Below are positions 40,894 through 50,366 of a stretch of 64,000 nucleotides of DNA, in pieces. Location of the stretch: the IMG/VR virus record IMGVR_UViG_3300032240_000979, positions 2,722-66,721 of that record, one strand, 5' to 3'. A program made the position numbers and the translations under genes. The notes under the pieces were generated by a model. It saw only the letters and a list, made by a program, of their open reading frames with translations. It had not been told where the DNA came from and ran no database searches. This DNA comes from a virus. The stretch's first letter is position 1. Each line of letters starts with the position of its first letter.

Positions 40894-42796
40894 GACTAGA
40901 AAGGAGATTGAATTGGATTTTATCTATACCATTGTGTTGGTAGTCGTAATTTTTTTGAGTTCCTAAATGCGGCAAGAATGTAATGTCGAAATAACCTTCG
41001 CCTTTAGCATGACCTTCCATAGTCAATAGGTTCTCCATTGCAGGAGTAAACTGTAAAACTTTATGGATATAAGGATTACCGTTGAGCAGTTCGTTAAATT
41101 CTGGTTTAGTAGCGAAGTAGATATTATATTCTGGATATACCTTTTTAATAGAAGGAAGAAGAGAAGTGCTCATGAAAACATCACCAGCACTTTGCGGCAT
41201 AACAAACAAGATTCTACGACCAAGATCATCTTTGTCGAGTAAGTCAGATAGTTCAATTTTGTTATTTTGTTGATTTTCTTTGACGGCAACGCTCCTAAAA
41301 TAACCTAGAATTTGTTCTCTAGTTACTCCTTTGTTTAATTGGGAAATCCAAGTTTTAAGACCATCATCATTCTCATCAACCGTCATTCTAAGAATGTTTT
41401 TGTATAAGTCGATAACCCAAGCTACGTTATCTTCTGTATCAAGAGGAATATGGTTTGGATTACGCGGAACAAAGTCGTCCTCAAAATTCCATTCTAAGGT
41501 TGAGGAATTGTCGATGATTTCTTCTAGTTGCTTGCCAATAACTTCAGCAGAGAGATTCTCGATAACAAACTTTCTAGCTTTCTTACCCATCACAAGACGT
41601 TTTTCGATAGGCATCTTGTAAACTCGTTCAATTTTCTCAGCAATAGACTCAGGAAGTGTAGTCGCTTTGATGAAATTAGTGCCCGGTTCGTAATAAGGCT
41701 TCCAAGTAAGAGGCATACCACCACTTTCTTCGGTAGAAAAGTCTTCTCCGCATGAATAATTGGTGACTAAAGTGATCAAACCAGTTAGTTTAGCCTCAGT
41801 AACAGGAATTTCTTGACCACCACTAGTGAACGGATGGCAGTAAACATCCATTAAGTTATAAATTTCATTCAACTGTTCTTCACTTACGCCATTTGTGATG
41901 TTAGTAGTTTCAACAGTGTCTTTGCCATCGCAATATTTGCACGCAATCTTTTGACCAGAGAACTTTTTGATCTCATACTGTTTACATTTCTTACAGAAGT
42001 AAGTAGTCAGTACGTCATCATTATTTATTTCATTATCTTTAATTAGTTTAGCGATATCCCAACCTTCGCCCCAATGGGTATGAAGTAGCAGTTTCGCTTT
42101 TGACTTAGGATTATCTTGTTTAAATTTCTTAAAACCTTGAATTAAATTTGGAACACTTTTGCGAAGTTGATTTCTAAATACGAAACCAATAATAAATTCA
42201 TCTGTAAGTCCAAATTCTTTTCTTAAAGCTAGTCTATCTTCTTCCTTTAAGCGAAAGAACGAAGATGTTTCAGTGGAACCTCTGAGAGTTTTGATTGACC
42301 CTTTAGGATGGCCAAGACGTTCAGCCTCTTTGCCAGCGAATGAAGCCCAAGCATAGTAATGTTTAACTTTTGGAATAATTTTAACAGCGTCTTGATAAAG
42401 AGGTAGCGAATCAAGAGTCGTCCATACCATACAGTTATTATTCCACCATTTCTTTTCCGTAAGAGGAGCCAATGCCCAAATATCTTCAATGCCGATATAA
42501 AAATTTGGCTTAATCTCCTTCATAAGATTATCAATCTCATGGTGACCATAACTAACTGCGCGAAGTTTTGTTTGATCAGAGGCGATAGACTGAACAACTG
42601 CGGGTTCAGGCATTGTGCCTATGCCCTTCCAAGGCAGAGTCTTTAATTCGTCAGAATTTTTATACTTAGTATTCGCAAATTCAACGAGGTTATACTTACC
42701 AGTTTTATACAAGTAGCGGAGAACATTCTTCATGTTCTTGCCGAAACCAGTAAAGATACGACTACTGTTGCTGTGGAATACTACTGTTTTTTTCAT
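40880..42796 (-). CDS. GT4-like glycosyltransferase with Zn-ribbon insert, DUF4214-like segment and GT9 N-terminal half
   Basis: TGFG, RNQLRKSVP, YNLMDVYCHPFTSGGQEIPVTEAK; CKKC/CKYC; LYKNILRMTVDENDDGLKTW; ILFVMPQSAGDVFMSTSLLPSIKK. Confidence 0.85.
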   Translation of the reverse strand: MKKTVVFHSNSSRIFTGFGKNMKNVLRYLYKTGKYNLVEFANTKYKNSDELKTLPWKGIGTMPEPAVVQSIASDQTKLRAVSYGHHEIDNLMKEIKPNFYIGIEDIWALAPLTEKKWWNNNCMVWTTLDSLPLYQDAVKIIPKVKHYYAWASFAGKEAERLGHPKGSIKTLRGSTETSSFFRLKEEDRLALRKEFGLTDEFIIGFVFRNQLRKSVPNLIQGFKKFKQDNPKSKAKLLLHTHWGEGWDIAKLIKDNEINNDDVLTTYFCKKCKQYEIKKFSGQKIACKYCDGKDTVETTNITNGVSEEQLNEIYNLMDVYCHPFTSGGQEIPVTEAKLTGLITLVTNYSCGEDFSTEESGGMPLTWKPYYEPGTNFIKATTLPESIAEKIERVYKMPIEKRLVMGKKARKFVIENLSAEVIGKQLEEIIDNSSTLEWNFEDDFVPRNPNHIPLDTEDNVAWVIDLYKNILRMTVDENDDGLKTWISQLNKGVTREQILGYFRSVAVKENQQNNKIELSDLLDKDDLGRRILFVMPQSAGDVFMSTSLLPSIKKVYPEYNIYFATKPEFNELLNGNPYIHKVLQFTPAMENLLTMEGHAKGEGYFDITFLPHLGTQKNYDYQHNGIDKIQFNLLSSHALT

Positions 42797-43242
42797 TGTA
42801 CCTCAAAACGGAAAGACTCAAAAAGATAGTTTTCAAGAAACTGAGCAAGAAGTTCAGCTTCTCCTAGTTCAAAGCCGATAGAAAATTGTTGCTCACCGCG
42901 TTTGATACTGAACGAAAAAGCGGAACCGCCATTTTTCTTTTCGTAAGGTCCAAACATAATTGAAGTAGTCGAACCTTGATAAACGTGAACTGTACTGAAT
43001 TTAGTTTCTTTACGAACAGCGCGAATAATAGAAGCCGCTTCTGTTTCATTCAGCTTCAATGCCGCTGTCTTTTCTGGGTTCTTTGCGTTTTGGGTAAACG
43101 AGCCTTTTCTAGAAGCCTCATCCCATCCAGCTTGCTTTACAAAACTCGTATAAAGTGTTAAGCCTTTTTCTTCTTTGCTGACATTAAAAGAAGCAGCTGT
43201 TCCTGTGCAGGACTTGTTTGGTTTATAAAAATTAAGGCGCAT
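42793..43242 (-). CDS. hypothetical protein, possibly Whirly/PC4-like ssDNA-binding
   Basis: Two beta-beta-beta-alpha repeats ending in KLNETEAASII and FELGEAELL; function inferred. Confidence 0.45.
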   Translation of the reverse strand: MRLNFYKPNKSCTGTAASFNVSKEEKGLTLYTSFVKQAGWDEASRKGSFTQNAKNPEKTAALKLNETEAASIIRAVRKETKFSTVHVYQGSTTSIMFGPYEKKNGGSAFSFSIKRGEQQFSIGFELGEAELLAQFLENYLFESFRFEVQ

Positions 43243-43303
43243 ATATCATCTATGTTTCAAGATAATAATGCGCCAAAAGACTTTTTAAACTAATTAATTA
43301 AAC

Positions 43304-43516
43304 TTAACAGATAATAACTTTAGATACGTCTTGTTCGTTCCATTTGGGTTGATCCATAGAACCTTCGGCTTTCTTCTTTTTGCGTGACCATTGGCTTTCG
43401 CAAATAGCATATCTTTGTTTTTGATTCTTGTATTCTTTATTCATTGTCGGAGAACCCATGCAAGAGGAAATAAAGTCATCGTGAGACTGGTCTTTTTGTG
43501 GTGTTGGAATAGGCAT
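43304..43516 (-). CDS. small conserved phage protein
   Basis: MPIPTP...DDFISSCM...QRYAICESQW; start trimmed to ATG 43516, with GTGTAA 10 nt upstream. Confidence 0.75.
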   Translation of the reverse strand: MPIPTPQKDQSHDDFISSCMGSPTMNKEYKNQKQRYAICESQWSRKKKKAEGSMDQPKWNEQDVSKVIIC

Positions 43517-43532
43517 ATAGTAATCTTTACAC

Positions 43533-43562
43533 AAAAAAGCCTACGTTTTGAGGCGTAGGCTT
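43533..43562 (-). terminator. intrinsic terminator
   Basis: AAGCCTACG-CCTCAAAA-CGTAGGCTT followed by a T run. Confidence 0.85.
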
Positions 43563-43585
43563 GAAGGGTTTTGACTAACTAGTTA

Positions 43586-43804
43586 TTAACGAGTAATCGT
43601 ACGACCTTGGAAGGATACGGCAACGACGCTTGTCTTAGCGAACTTGCGAACTTCATTGGCATTGCGATCATGCACAATAATCATTTGCGGAGTTTCGCTG
43701 ACGAAACGAGCGTTGAGAACTTCGTTGGCGGTAACAAGGCCGAAGAAACGACCTGCTGTATTTGTGATGGCGTTGATAACGCGATTGGTTTTTGTGGTTT
43801 TCAT
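43586..43804 (-). CDS. small hypothetical protein (monocistronic, probably early)
   Basis: MKTTKTNRV..., flanked by a sigma70-like promoter and a terminator. Confidence 0.75.
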   Translation of the reverse strand: MKTTKTNRVINAITNTAGRFFGLVTANEVLNARFVSETPQMIIVHDRNANEVRKFAKTSVVAVSFQGRTITR

Positions 43805-43808
43805 AGTT

Positions 43809-44795
43809 TTAACTACGCCAAAGAAGATAGAAGCCTTGAATTGTTTTGTCAAGTGTTTCTTCGATAAAAAGTTTATCTTTTATTTTTGAATAAAACATTT
43901 GAGATTTATTTATGTAAGTTGATAGTTTTGTTGGATTTGCAACTCCAAAAGTCATAAATTCAGATACTATCTTTGAATTCATGTAAGCAAAAATAAATAA
44001 TTCAGCAGCTTCTTTTAGCGACAAAAGCTTTTCTTTATCTGCCTCGTAGATAGAAACGAATGATTCAAAATCAGAATCAGAACAATTCAAAACTTCTTTA
44101 GCTAACCAAATATCAATATATTTATTAGCGTTTGCAGCATATTCAAAATTTATGAATTTAAATTCATTTCTAGAAAAGATGATGTTAGACAAATCTAAAT
44201 CAAAATGGCAAATTGCACAATCAGATAGCGATGGAGTGTAGATATTTTTGAACCGAGATTTTACGGCACCAAATAATTGAGCCACTGGAAATGTATGCTG
44301 TATGATAGCAGATTCCATAGGCAAAAAGGAATTTATAGTTTCTAATGTTTCGTCTTTACTGGAAGAAGAAAACGAATGAATCTTTTTCAAATCTCTCGCA
44401 AAAAAAGATTCTAATTTTAATCTCGGACTTAAAAGATATTTTGAAATATCAGACGCGAAAATTCCTTTAGGCATCTCAAAGCATATATAATTAAAATCTC
44501 CAGATAAATCATAGGAGACTACGCTAGGATGAAACGGAAAATTATTTAAACAAAGCTTATCCCAAAAATTAGGAATGAAAGGAGATAAGTTTACCTTGAG
44601 GACAAACGCACGCTTATCAGAAATTATCAGATAAGAATCATAAAGAGGACTTCTAGAAAATCTTTCGCAACTATCTATTTTTATATTTGCATGAGATTCT
44701 ATTCGGCTTTTAATATAGCCGAGCATCTCCAATTCAATTGGCAACAGAGTGTTGTCTTGAACTGTGTGCTGTAAAAAGTTTTTCTTTTGTTCCAT
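43809..44795 (-). CDS. APH/choline-kinase-like phosphotransferase fold protein
   Basis: FVLKV, ICHFDLDLSNI (HxDxxxxN) and FINFEYA (DFE replaced by NFE). Confidence 0.7.
   Translation of the reverse strand: MEQKKNFLQHTVQDNTLLPIELEMLGYIKSRIESHANIKIDSCERFSRSPLYDSYLIISDKRAFVLKVNLSPFIPNFWDKLCLNNFPFHPSVVSYDLSGDFNYICFEMPKGIFASDISKYLLSPRLKLESFFARDLKKIHSFSSSSKDETLETINSFLPMESAIIQHTFPVAQLFGAVKSRFKNIYTPSLSDCAICHFDLDLSNIIFSRNEFKFINFEYAANANKYIDIWLAKEVLNCSDSDFESFVSIYEADKEKLLSLKEAAELFIFAYMNSKIVSEFMTFGVANPTKLSTYINKSQMFYSKIKDKLFIEETLDKTIQGFYLLWRS
43824..43852 (-). promoter_or_regulatory. sigma70-like promoter
   Basis: TTGACA-17 nt-TATCTT. Confidence 0.7.
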
Positions 44796-47172
44796 TGACT
44801 TGTATCTCGTTATCTTTAATCTTTACCTTGATCTGATTATACGAGCTACACGCCAAACTGTCAACTATCTTTGTTTTAAGTTCGTTCTCAATAAAGAAGA
44901 TTACGCCTCTAGCGCCATTTTTAGAATCCTTAGCCTTAGATAAGATGAAGCTAACAACTTCTTTAGAGAAAGATACTGTTGTGTCATTAGCTTTTAAAGA
45001 AGCTTTAATCGACTCAAGTTCGGTTTCAGCAATCTTAGATAAAGACTCTTCTTTTAAGTGATCAAAGATAATTACATCATTTAAACGAGCCAAGAATTCT
45101 GGTTTAAAAAATCTTTTTAATTTCTCTTGAACGCCTTCTTTAGAGATGGCTTCTTCCGCTGGAGCGCAAAATCCGATTTGCTTATTGTCTCCAAACTGGA
45201 ATCCAACATTGCCAGTCATAATCAAGATGCAGTTTTTGAAATTAAGTTTTCTACCATTTGAATCATTGAGTTCTCCATTATCCATTACTTGAAGTAAAAT
45301 ATTAACAACGTCTGGATGCGCCTTTTCAATTTCATCAAATAAGAAGATAGAAGATGGACGTTTCTCTAATTGGTTAGAGAAGATGTTTGATTTGCCATGC
45401 CCAACATAACCAGGCGGGGAACCAATGAGTTTTGAAACGGAATGAGGTTCCATAAACTCAGACATATCAATTCTAACCAAACTTTCTTCACCACCAAACG
45501 CTTGTTTAGATAATACTTTAGCTAAGTAAGTTTTGCCAGAACCAGTTGGGCCAACAAACATAAAGCTTCCAAGCGGTTTATTAGTGGATGATAATCCAAA
45601 CGAAGAACGCAAGATACAGTCGGAAATCTTCTTTAATGCTGCATCTTGTCCGAAAACGTGCTTCTTCAACTCATTGTGGATATTTCTAAAGTTAGAATCT
45701 TGAACATTGGTGTCGATAATAGACCCAACTTTTTCGCATAGAACTTGATAAACGTCTTTGCGAGTAGCTGTTACTTTTTTGTTTTCTTGCAGCTTCATCC
45801 AAGATTCAAATTTTGTTTTATATTCTGAAACGATACTATCCATCTGAATATTTTTAGATTCTTCAGATTCAAATAGTCCGTCAGACTGCTCTAGTTCATA
45901 AATTATCTTTTCGATCTTTTTGATTTCTTCTGATCGGGCATAAGTCTTAATTTTAACTTTAGCTCCAACTTGATCTAGAATATCAATAGCTTTATCTGGA
46001 AACCTTCTATTAGGAATATATTTGGCGCACAATTCGATTATATCGCTAAGAGTTTCATCAGGAAACTTGATCTTATGGAATTCTTCATAGTACAGTTTAA
46101 TGTTCTTTAGGATATTAAGAGTTTCTTCTTTGTTCGGCTCTTTAACAAAGACAGGTTCAAATCTACGATTCATTGCAGAATCTTTTTGGAAGAACTGCTC
46201 GTATTCCTTTTGGGTGGTTGCGCCAATGCAACTGATATCATCGGTAGCAAGATATGGCTTGAGGATATTTGCAGTATCCAAAGAACCTTCATCGCCACCA
46301 AGACCAATCACAGTGTGGATTTCATCAATAAACAGAACGATTGATTTAGCTTCTTTGACTTCTTTTAAAACTTTATGAAGGCGTTCTTCAAATTGACCTC
46401 TAAGATTAGTACCAGCAATCATCGCTGTCATATCTAATTGCATGATTGTTTTGCCTAAAAGAAATTCAGTAGATTCACCGCTAATAATTTTCTTAGCAAG
46501 TAATCCAACGATAGTGCTTTTACCAACGCCAGCTTCACCAATTAGAATTGGATTACGCTTTTGCTTGCGGCAGAGCACTTCTGAAACTTGAGCGACTTCG
46601 GCATCACGAAAACAAGCGTTATCAAAATCGCCGTTCTCTGCTTTCTCTGTAAAATTTATGCAAAAATCTTTTAAAATACTGCTAGACGAAGAAGATGTAG
46701 TTGGTGATGATAGTTTTTTAGTTGGATTAGAAACAGTTTTGCAACCAGATTCAATTTCGTTGGTCAAAAAGATAATATCTACGCCTTGAGATTTAAAAAA
46801 CTTCTTAGCATAAGAAGAATGGCGAAGCATAGAAAGGAAAAGATGCTCTACGCCAGTATAATTTTGATTATAGTAACGAGAAATCTTGTAGGATTCTTTT
46901 ATTACCTTAATAACCGAATCGGTATAATCTACATTAGACTTTTTGCGCTTTTTTTCTGGAAGTTCTTTTTCTAATCTGTTAACTAGTTCTGATGGAAGAA
47001 CTTTTATCTGCTCAAATGCGTTATCGACAATCATCGATTGTGACAAAAGCAAGGCGTAAAGCATAAAAGACTCGTCAATCTCGACGTAATTATGACTTAG
47101 ACACTTTTGTTTGGCAATGTCTAAGAGTCTTTTTACTTTTGGAGTGAAGTTAACGTCTTCCACTTTATTCAT
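44734..47172 (-). CDS. clpC: ATP-dependent Clp protease ATPase subunit (ClpC/ClpA-like)
   Basis: Clp N-domain repeats, GEAGVGKS and LFIDEIH, GPTGSGKT and LFDEIEKAH, IGF ClpP-docking loop. Confidence 0.93.
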   Translation of the reverse strand: MNKVEDVNFTPKVKRLLDIAKQKCLSHNYVEIDESFMLYALLLSQSMIVDNAFEQIKVLPSELVNRLEKELPEKKRKKSNVDYTDSVIKVIKESYKISRYYNQNYTGVEHLFLSMLRHSSYAKKFFKSQGVDIIFLTNEIESGCKTVSNPTKKLSSPTTSSSSSSILKDFCINFTEKAENGDFDNACFRDAEVAQVSEVLCRKQKRNPILIGEAGVGKSTIVGLLAKKIISGESTEFLLGKTIMQLDMTAMIAGTNLRGQFEERLHKVLKEVKEAKSIVLFIDEIHTVIGLGGDEGSLDTANILKPYLATDDISCIGATTQKEYEQFFQKDSAMNRRFEPVFVKEPNKEETLNILKNIKLYYEEFHKIKFPDETLSDIIELCAKYIPNRRFPDKAIDILDQVGAKVKIKTYARSEEIKKIEKIIYELEQSDGLFESEESKNIQMDSIVSEYKTKFESWMKLQENKKVTATRKDVYQVLCEKVGSIIDTNVQDSNFRNIHNELKKHVFGQDAALKKISDCILRSSFGLSSTNKPLGSFMFVGPTGSGKTYLAKVLSKQAFGGEESLVRIDMSEFMEPHSVSKLIGSPPGYVGHGKSNIFSNQLEKRPSSIFLFDEIEKAHPDVVNILLQVMDNGELNDSNGRKLNFKNCILIMTGNVGFQFGDNKQIGFCAPAEEAISKEGVQEKLKRFFKPEFLARLNDVIIFDHLKEESLSKIAETELESIKASLKANDTTVSFSKEVVSFILSKAKDSKNGARGVIFFIENELKTKIVDSLACSSYNQIKVKIKDNEIQVNGTKEKLFTAHSSRQHSVAN

Positions 47173-47181
47173 TTTACACTT

Positions 47182-49737
47182 TTATGATTGCAAGTCAGAT
47201 AATTTAGTATATATTTTTTCAGTTAAGATACTTAACGAGTCCAAGAAGATAGAATCATCGGATTTATTTCCGTAAAGAATGACAATGTCGTCTTCTTCGG
47301 GTGTTTTACCGCCACCTTCATAGTAGCGAGTGAGCTTATCTTCCCTACCGTCCATGAGGCGGCAAGACATTTGCCCATATTCGTCTGAAATTTGGATGAA
47401 TAAATATTTGTTTCCATTTTTACTTGTTTTCTTTTTAGCTTCTTTGACTACACCAACGATCTTGACTGGCTGGCGAGCATCTAACTGCGATATTTCATAA
47501 GTTGTCAATAGTCTTTGCTCATCTTCTTCTGGAAAAACTTCTCTTAACTTATGAGTATAGCTATAACCAAGTAATTTTTTCTCAAAAAACCAGTTAGCAA
47601 ACTTTTCATGGCTTTTATTCATCTCATAAATCTTCTTATATGAGTCATACTTAGCTCTGAAAGTAGCAAAGCGTTTTTCGCTCATAAAAGGTTTGGCATC
47701 ATCTCCAGCAAGTTTGTTCTTAACTAGATCAGCGATAGCTTTGAGAACGTCAAAATTATATTTAGCAGCTACAAGTTTGATGTTTCTCTTTTCTCTATCA
47801 GTAAGAATATTATAGGATTGAGCTTCAAGAGCGAGTCGGCAACGCTTCTCACCAAAACTAGAAAGCGTTCCAGCTTGAATCAAAGAGGATAAAACGCCGA
47901 TATTAAGACCAGCTTCTTTAGCTGCGTCAAAGCAATCGACTTTATCCGAAAATTCTTTTTGTCTAAAAGCTAAAAGATTTTCTAAGACTTTGTCAGAAAC
48001 ACCTTTGATTGCATTCAGACCAAATCGAATGTTCTTATCTTCAATCTCAAAATCTGATTTTGATTTAACAAGATCAGGAGAAAGAAGGCGAATATCAAAA
48101 AAAGCTAGTTCTTGAGATATAGCTTCAATCTCCTTATGCGGATTAGGTTCATGTTTAGACGATTTTAACAATGCCAAGAAGAACTCTTGTGGATAGTTAA
48201 ATTTAAGATAAGTAGTTACTGCACTTAATGTTGCGTAAGATACAGCGTGAGAGGCATTGAAAGAATAGTTCGCACTATCTTCTGCAACCTTCCAAAGAAC
48301 ATCGGCAATAACAGGATCTAAGTTATTCTCTTTAATCTTGTTAGAAATCTTTTCTTTCCAAGCTGGCATTTCGCTAACCTTCTTTTTACCAATGATACGG
48401 CGAACAGTTTCAGCTTCATCAAGAGTAAAACCTACTTTAACCACCATCTTCATCAACTGTTCTTGGAAGATTGGAATACCGCCTGTTACGCCTAAAATAT
48501 CGTCGAAGAACGCATGAATAGACTGGAAGTTGCCAGTTTCAACGTATTCGGCGTATTGGTTCATAAAATCTAACGCGCCTGGCCGTGCTAGAGCTAACAC
48601 ACAAGCTAATTCAAAGAGATTACGAGGTTTGACCTTCCTGCATACATGAAAGTTCGTATTAGCCTCAATTTGGAACAGTCCTTTGGGATTAGATAGGTCT
48701 TGGAAGTATTTATAGGTAGATGATGAATCATAATCGAGAGTCTTAAAGTCTAAACCTAATCTTTGGCAGGTTTCATAAACTACAGATAAGGTTCTAAGAC
48801 CAAGAATATCGAATTTAACAGTGATCTCAGAAATGTTATTCATTTCATAAGCACTTACAAGCTCGCCTTCACCTGTCTTTTGAAGAGGCATAATATCCTC
48901 GTTGTTAAAGTAGGAAATCGAGATACCAGAAGGATGAACGCCGCAATTCTTATTTAAACCTTCTAATTTTTTAGCAATTTTAAATACCTTTGGGTGAGAG
49001 TCGCAGAAAGCTTTGAATTGTTCGCTTTGTTTGTATGCGTCTTTAAGAGCGAATACTTTGCCAAATTGTTTTGGGATGACGTCGCTAACGGCATTTACTG
49101 CATCTTCACTCATCTCTCCTACAATCTTACCGCACTCTTTAATGCAGAGTTTACCAGTAAGAGTATTCATAGTAAGAATCTTGCAGGTCTTACCAGAGTA
49201 TTTTGTCTTGATGTAGTCAATAACAGCTTGGCGTTTTGAGAACTCAATGTCATTATCTACGTCAGGCATCAAAGAACCATCAAGATAAGTTACTCCATCA
49301 ACAACAATCTTTTTAGCTCTGCTTTTAGAAACGAATCTTTCAAAGAATAAGCCGTGTTCGATTGGGTCAACGTTGGTAACTCCAACCAAGAACAAGATCA
49401 AAGAACCTGCCGCAGAACCACGGCCATAACCAGTAGGAATATTGTTCTCATGCGCAAAGTTCATAATATCCCAATTAAGCAGGATATAATCAACGAAGCC
49501 AAGTTCATCAAAAATACTAAGCTCCATTTTAGCTCTATCATAGTAAGCTTGTTTATTTTCTTTCTTGTCAATGCCTTTAATCTTAACAGCTTTCAGTGAA
49601 AGTTGACGAAGAAATTCAAGATTAGAGCAGTTTTCTTCAATGCCAAGATTTTTGTAATGGCGACTGTCGATCTCGATTTTAGGAAGGCGAACACCCGGTG
49701 GTATGGGGTTCTTGTAGTCTGCAAATTTATCGAGCAT
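47182..49737 (-). CDS. dnaE: DNA polymerase III alpha subunit catalytic part (lacking most of the PHP domain)
   Basis: GRGSAAGSL, PDVDND, HPSG, KFDILGL, YSFNASHAVSY, IRFGLNAIKGV and C-terminal OB fold. Confidence 0.95.
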   Translation of the reverse strand: MLDKFADYKNPIPPGVRLPKIEIDSRHYKNLGIEENCSNLEFLRQLSLKAVKIKGIDKKENKQAYYDRAKMELSIFDELGFVDYILLNWDIMNFAHENNIPTGYGRGSAAGSLILFLVGVTNVDPIEHGLFFERFVSKSRAKKIVVDGVTYLDGSLMPDVDNDIEFSKRQAVIDYIKTKYSGKTCKILTMNTLTGKLCIKECGKIVGEMSEDAVNAVSDVIPKQFGKVFALKDAYKQSEQFKAFCDSHPKVFKIAKKLEGLNKNCGVHPSGISISYFNNEDIMPLQKTGEGELVSAYEMNNISEITVKFDILGLRTLSVVYETCQRLGLDFKTLDYDSSSTYKYFQDLSNPKGLFQIEANTNFHVCRKVKPRNLFELACVLALARPGALDFMNQYAEYVETGNFQSIHAFFDDILGVTGGIPIFQEQLMKMVVKVGFTLDEAETVRRIIGKKKVSEMPAWKEKISNKIKENNLDPVIADVLWKVAEDSANYSFNASHAVSYATLSAVTTYLKFNYPQEFFLALLKSSKHEPNPHKEIEAISQELAFFDIRLLSPDLVKSKSDFEIEDKNIRFGLNAIKGVSDKVLENLLAFRQKEFSDKVDCFDAAKEAGLNIGVLSSLIQAGTLSSFGEKRCRLALEAQSYNILTDREKRNIKLVAAKYNFDVLKAIADLVKNKLAGDDAKPFMSEKRFATFRAKYDSYKKIYEMNKSHEKFANWFFEKKLLGYSYTHKLREVFPEEDEQRLLTTYEISQLDARQPVKIVGVVKEAKKKTSKNGNKYLFIQISDEYGQMSCRLMDGREDKLTRYYEGGGKTPEEDDIVILYGNKSDDSIFLDSLSILTEKIYTKLSDLQS

Positions 49738-50366
49738 TAGATTTCAACCTCCGAGATTTGACGACGAAAGATTTTATAATTCATTTTAATATCGTATAAC
49801 GCATTGTGAAGCATTGCTGGGTCATGTTCAATTCCGTAATGCTTCAACAGAAAGCCTTGGTTTGTTTTAATTCCTTTTTCAAAATGGTTCATAAGTTTCA
49901 TCTGCCAACAGAGAAAGTCTCCGTCGTTAGGTTTAACTTGTTTAAAGATAGACATAGCTAATGCTCTTGTATCAATCATTCTATCCAAAAAGCTCCAATC
50001 ATTCTGAATACTAAGACCATTCATAAGAGTGTTCAGGATATAAATATCATAATTCAAAATGTTTTGGCCGACAAGAATAACGTCTTTATCGTAAAGCGTC
50101 TTAGCGAACTTCTTCCAAACATCCATAGGTTGTTTGGCTTTTTTAAGATAATTTTCTTTGTTGAAGTTGGTGATTTTAGCCGCGCCTTCTGACATATTCA
50201 AATCTTCAAATAAGATAAACTCGTCATGTTCTTCGACAATATCCTCTCCTTGACAAATAATCCAAGATAATTGCCAAGGGCGAGACGATGTTAAAGATAG
50301 TCCTTCTGTTTCCGTATCAAACACGGCAAACTTTTGATGTTTATTATTTCTTAAAAGCGTTTTCAT
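49737..50366 (-). CDS. DEDDh 3'-5' exonuclease (DnaQ/PolC-exo-like)
   Basis: FDTETEG, GQNILNYD and HNALYD motifs; start trimmed to MKTLLR (ATGA overlap). Confidence 0.9.
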   Translation of the reverse strand: MKTLLRNNKHQKFAVFDTETEGLSLTSSRPWQLSWIICQGEDIVEEHDEFILFEDLNMSEGAAKITNFNKENYLKKAKQPMDVWKKFAKTLYDKDVILVGQNILNYDIYILNTLMNGLSIQNDWSFLDRMIDTRALAMSIFKQVKPNDGDFLCWQMKLMNHFEKGIKTNQGFLLKHYGIEHDPAMLHNALYDIKMNYKIFRRQISEVEI

